NCBI GenBank assembly: GCA_043813365.1
Contig: JBDRLB010000035.1
Coordinates: 1 to 10,048 of the forward strand
Length of the DNA: 10,048 nt
Source of the DNA: Candidatus Micrarchaeota archaeon
Lineage (GTDB): Archaea; Micrarchaeota; Micrarchaeia; Norongarragalinales; SBBD01
Direction: 5' to 3'
Position 1 is the first letter of the stretch. Each line of letters starts with the position of its first letter. This document shows, in pieces, positions 6,555-10,048 of the stretch. The translations under genes and the position numbers were made by a program. Below the pieces are notes generated by a model that searched no databases, was not told the origin of the DNA, and saw only the letters and a list, made by a program, of their open reading frames with translations.

Positions 6555-9500
6555 ATGGGCTTCTACGACGACTTGCAGCAGCAGTACGAGGAATTCGCCG
6601 AAAACTACCGTGAACAGGGCATCCCGCTTCCGTCGCTTAACATCATGATTGCGGCCATTGCAATCATCATAGCCGCCTCATATGTGCTGATTGCGCAGCC
6701 GCTTTCACCCAAAACAAAATCCCTAGAGGTCACTGCCTTTTACAACAAACTCCCAATAGAGTACGCGAAAATCGAGGTCTTCGACGCAAGCCGCAACCTC
6801 CTTATGGAAGACCTGACGGACAAGCAGGGGTATGTGAAGCTGTTTGACGTCCCCAAAAAGGGCATCATCCTGAGGGCATCGAAAAAGGATGTCGGCGAGA
6901 GGACCGAGGCCTTCACGGACGTCCCCAACAGCTACGAGTTCGAGTTGGGCAACGGCACAGCCGGAAATGCGAGCAGCATTGAAATCACGCTGAAAATTTC
7001 AGATGAATCATCCCTCAAGGCCGTAAAGGATGCAATGATCACCTACACTATTGCGGACCAGCCGGGCAAGACGTTCAAAGTATCCACGGATTCCGCAGGA
7101 AGCGCGAAACTGCAGATCCCCAAGGAAATAGCCGCAAGCCTGCAAATACTCGCAAACGATTACGAGGAGAAGAAAGTCTCCGTTTTGGGAAGGGAGCAGA
7201 AGGCGCCCATAGAAATAAAATTGAAGAAGCGGCTTCCGGGCTCCTCCCCAACTGCAACTGTCACATTCCAGCTGCAATATGCGACGCTGAGAGTCAGCGC
7301 GAAAGCGGAGGACGGGCGGGCCCTCAACTCCCAGATTGATTTATTCGATGCGGAAACGCTTTCATTGCTTGCGACGCGCACCGCAAGCGCAGGCAGGGCG
7401 TCATTCCCCAACCTCCTCACAGGCTCGAAATTATTTCTGAAAGCATCGCTTTCCGGCTATTCCGACTATGACGGCTCCCTCAATGTGATTGAAGTGGGGA
7501 AGCAGAACGAAGTGGAAATAGTGATGAAGCAGGGGGCTTCCTCGGGCACGTTGATTGTCAGGACTATTGATGAGGAGGGCAACCTGAACCCTTCAACAAT
7601 ATACCTCCTTTCCGGCGAGGAGTCGCTTTCCAAAACCGCCTCGAGGGGGGAGGCGGAATTCGGGCTTTCGCAATTATCCGCCCTGGATTCGTTCCGGTTC
7701 GCTGTTTTTGCGGATGGGAAGCTGCCCGCGTTGAGCGAAGAGCTTTACCCCTCGGACGCGCCGGCGCTCGTCGAGATTCCGCTCACAGCCGCCACATCAG
7801 AAAATTCCGCGAATTTAAAAATTATCCCGAAGGATAAATACGGAAAGGCAATCGGGGATGTGAAAATAAGGATTTACCGGGGAACCGATGGGTTAATTTG
7901 GAGTGCAGTTGCTGACGGTACGCAATTGCTCCTTGAGAAAAATACCGATTATGTGGTAACCCTCGAGTCGGGCTCGGAAAAGGGGATGGCTTCAATTTTC
8001 CTTGATGGCGACCGCGACCTTCCTGTTTACCTCGGAGTGGCAACGGAAATCATCAAGGCAACTGCGAGGAATGCGCTTACGGAAGATGAGGTGCCCGCAA
8101 CGTTCTACGCAATGTACGGGAACATTACATTCGATTCCTGCTTCGGAGTGGGCTGCGGGCTGTACGTGAAGGCGCTCCTTCCCACTTCCATAAAGGTTAC
8201 TGCAACCGGATATTACGCCCGCACTTCCCTCTACTCCTCCTCTGGGAAGGGAAGCGAATTCATAACCGATCTCGTGCCGCTTAACATCCAGGGCACACTC
8301 TCTAAATTCGAGGGCATATTTGACAAGAACGGCCAGCAAGTGAATGAAGTGCTTCCCGGCGAAACATATTCCGCAAGGATGCTTCTTGCAGCGCCCAAAG
8401 CGCAAAAGCTCGGCGCGTATTTCAGGATAGGGAAATATGGCTCCGCAGAGGAGGATGTTGCCTCAATAATCGGCTATGGCGCCACTCCCTCAGCCACCAC
8501 TTTGCTTAAAGGCACATCCTATTCAGATATTTCCGCATGCGATGATGAAACCGAAGCAAGCGGCAAATACAAATGGATGAACGCGGAATTCGAGAATACG
8601 GAAGTGCAATCCGTGAGTTTCAGGTTCAAGCTGGATGCAAAAGCCGAAAAGGATTCCAGCTTGCCCTTCCATTTCCGGGGCTATGCCGTGAAGAATGGGG
8701 AATATTTGCGCCAGCCGACTGATGACACATTGAAAACAGCCGAAAAAACCGATTCCATTGATTGGTGCAAGGCGAAAACAACCGATTCGAGCATCACAAT
8801 AAAGAGGAAGGGCTTCTATTCCTGCAACACTTTGGGATGCCTTTCCATGAATCTGGAGCAGGATGGGATCAACGGCTTCAAGGAATTCCAGGCAAGGAAT
8901 GCGGCAACATGTTCCGATGATGCCAACTCCCCGAACTCATGCGAGAACGCGAACATGAGAATCTCGATTGAATTCTACCCGAACGAAGCGGGCAAGGAAT
9001 TCGATTTTAAGGTTTCCCAGAAGAACTCAAAAATCCGCCTTTCCGCATATTCCGTGAACAGGCAGGCCCCGGAAACCCTCGGCACCACCACCCTTTCAAT
9101 GCCCCTCTCATCCGCAAATGCATATTCCGTTGAAATCGATTCCCTCCCTAATCAAGCCGGTGCGGAAACAATTTATGCGGAAGTTGCGGAAGCGGTCGGC
9201 GACCTTACAATAAGGAAATCCGTTTCAATGAAAATTTACGAGAGCTGCGACAATGGCCAGAAGAACTGTGGCAACAACGTCTGCTCCCTCATATGCATAG
9301 GCGATTATTACACGGACAACAATTTGGATGATGATGAAAGCGGAGATGCAGTTGTGCCGCAATGCCCCTCCGGCCAGAGCTACTGTGCGGACGGCATATG
9401 CCGTTCCAGCTGCGAGATTTCCTCCGGCGGGGATTTCACGGATAAATTGACAATCACTTATGAAAACGGCGTCCTGAAATCCTCCATACCGAATCTGAAG

Positions 9501-10048
9501 CTGCAGATTGATGCAATAATGCCCCTCGATGCGATGCCGTTGCAATTCAGCTCATCTGATTCGGGCTGCGCCCCCCTTTTCAAAATCATCTCCCCGACAA
9601 CGCAGGGATGCTACCAGATTGAGAGCGGCTATTTGGTTTTCAGGACAAAGGAGCTTGCGCCAACATGCCCGATAAAATCAAAGGGCGATTCATTGGCCGG
9701 GGACAAAACCGCCAAATTGCGGATTGCATGCACCTCCGAATCGATTTTGCCAATTGATATACCGATTGAAGTGAAGGTTTCACCCATTAACATCAAATCC
9801 GTGCAGTTCCAGCCGCGTTCCCTTTCCGGAAGCAATGCGAAAGTTTTCCATGTTTTGAACCAGAAGCAGGTCCCTAAGCAATATACGATGGAGGAGCTTT
9901 CCCCCGAATTCAGGTATGCGGATGCGTACACATACGCATGGAGCGGCGGAGGGGTTCTTGAGCTCCGCGAGGACGGGGAGCGCATCGATTCAATTGATTA
10001 CGGCTATTCCGAGAGCTACTTCCCGAACATCGACAACCAGGGAGGAAG
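6555..10048 (+). CDS. Large membrane-anchored surface protein with carboxypeptidase-regulatory-like (transthyretin-fold) beta-sandwich repeats and a Cys-rich region; 3'-truncated by the window edge
   Basis: Manual translation from ATG 6555 gives 1164 codons with no stop (MGFYDDLQQQYEEFAENYREQGIPLPSLNIMIAAIAIIIAASYVLIAQPL...YFPNIDNQGG). There is one hydrophobic helix at aa 30-47. Recurring units include PIEYAKIEVFD...TDKQGYVKL, AVKDAMITY...STDSAGSAKL, DGRALNSQIDLFD and DKYGKAIGDVKIRIY. Confidence 0.9.
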   Translation, partial: MGFYDDLQQQYEEFAENYREQGIPLPSLNIMIAAIAIIIAASYVLIAQPLSPKTKSLEVTAFYNKLPIEYAKIEVFDASRNLLMEDLTDKQGYVKLFDVPKKGIILRASKKDVGERTEAFTDVPNSYEFELGNGTAGNASSIEITLKISDESSLKAVKDAMITYTIADQPGKTFKVSTDSAGSAKLQIPKEIAASLQILANDYEEKKVSVLGREQKAPIEIKLKKRLPGSSPTATVTFQLQYATLRVSAKAEDGRALNSQIDLFDAETLSLLATRTASAGRASFPNLLTGSKLFLKASLSGYSDYDGSLNVIEVGKQNEVEIVMKQGASSGTLIVRTIDEEGNLNPSTIYLLSGEESLSKTASRGEAEFGLSQLSALDSFRFAVFADGKLPALSEELYPSDAPALVEIPLTAATSENSANLKIIPKDKYGKAIGDVKIRIYRGTDGLIWSAVADGTQLLLEKNTDYVVTLESGSEKGMASIFLDGDRDLPVYLGVATEIIKATARNALTEDEVPATFYAMYGNITFDSCFGVGCGLYVKALLPTSIKVTATGYYARTSLYSSSGKGSEFITDLVPLNIQGTLSKFEGIFDKNGQQVNEVLPGETYSARMLLAAPKAQKLGAYFRIGKYGSAEEDVASIIGYGATPSATTLLKGTSYSDISACDDETEASGKYKWMNAEFENTEVQSVSFRFKLDAKAEKDSSLPFHFRGYAVKNGEYLRQPTDDTLKTAEKTDSIDWCKAKTTDSSITIKRKGFYSCNTLGCLSMNLEQDGINGFKEFQARNAATCSDDANSPNSCENANMRISIEFYPNEAGKEFDFKVSQKNSKIRLSAYSVNRQAPETLGTTTLSMPLSSANAYSVEIDSLPNQAGAETIYAEVAEAVGDLTIRKSVSMKIYESCDNGQKNCGNNVCSLICIGDYYTDNNLDDDESGDAVVPQCPSGQSYCADGICRSSCEISSGGDFTDKLTITYENGVLKSSIPNLKLQIDAIMPLDAMPLQFSSSDSGCAPLFKIISPTTQGCYQIESGYLVFRTKELAPTCPIKSKGDSLAGDKTAKLRIACTSESILPIDIPIEVKVSPINIKSVQFQPRSLSGSNAKVFHVLNQKQVPKQYTMEELSPEFRYADAYTYAWSGGGVLELREDGERIDSIDYGYSESYFPNIDNQGG
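9246..9413 (+). repeat. Two Cys-rich 17-aa modules flanking an acidic linker
   Basis: CDNGQKNCGNNVCSLIC (9246-9296) and CPSGQSYCADGICRSSC (9363-9413) both fit C-x2-GQ-x2-C-x4-C-x3-C. Confidence 0.85.

Noticed and set aside
6307..6648. 113-aa plus-strand ORF bridging hel308 and the surface protein gene
   Set aside because: It overlaps two well-supported genes out of frame, crosses the terminator/TATA region and has no protein-like features.
6740..9985. Several short minus-strand ORFs suggesting a gene-poor or pseudogenised region
   Set aside because: All lie antisense to one uninterrupted plus-strand frame starting at 6555. The apparent gap exists because that ORF has no stop codon inside the window.

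Overview
Archaeal chromosomal DNA, probably from a DPANN lineage such as Micrarchaeota or Diapherotrites. The lineage is inferred from gene content, TATA-type promoters and the style of the surface protein. There are five genes: (1) the 3' part of a ZIP-family metal transporter; (2) a 624-aa coiled-coil protein with an internal 32-aa duplication; (3) an AT-richer, opposite-strand 595-aa basic protein whose N-terminus resembles a bacterial sigma-70-family factor (regions 2 and 4), fused to four ~80-90-aa helical repeats reminiscent of mTERF; (4) a Hel308/Hjm Ski2-like DNA helicase; (5) a membrane-anchored surface protein of at least 1164 aa that is missing from the ORF track because it runs off the window end. 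The most interesting item is the sigma-like/repeat fusion, since archaea do not use sigma factors for transcription initiation. All family calls come from reading motifs by eye; no searches were run.
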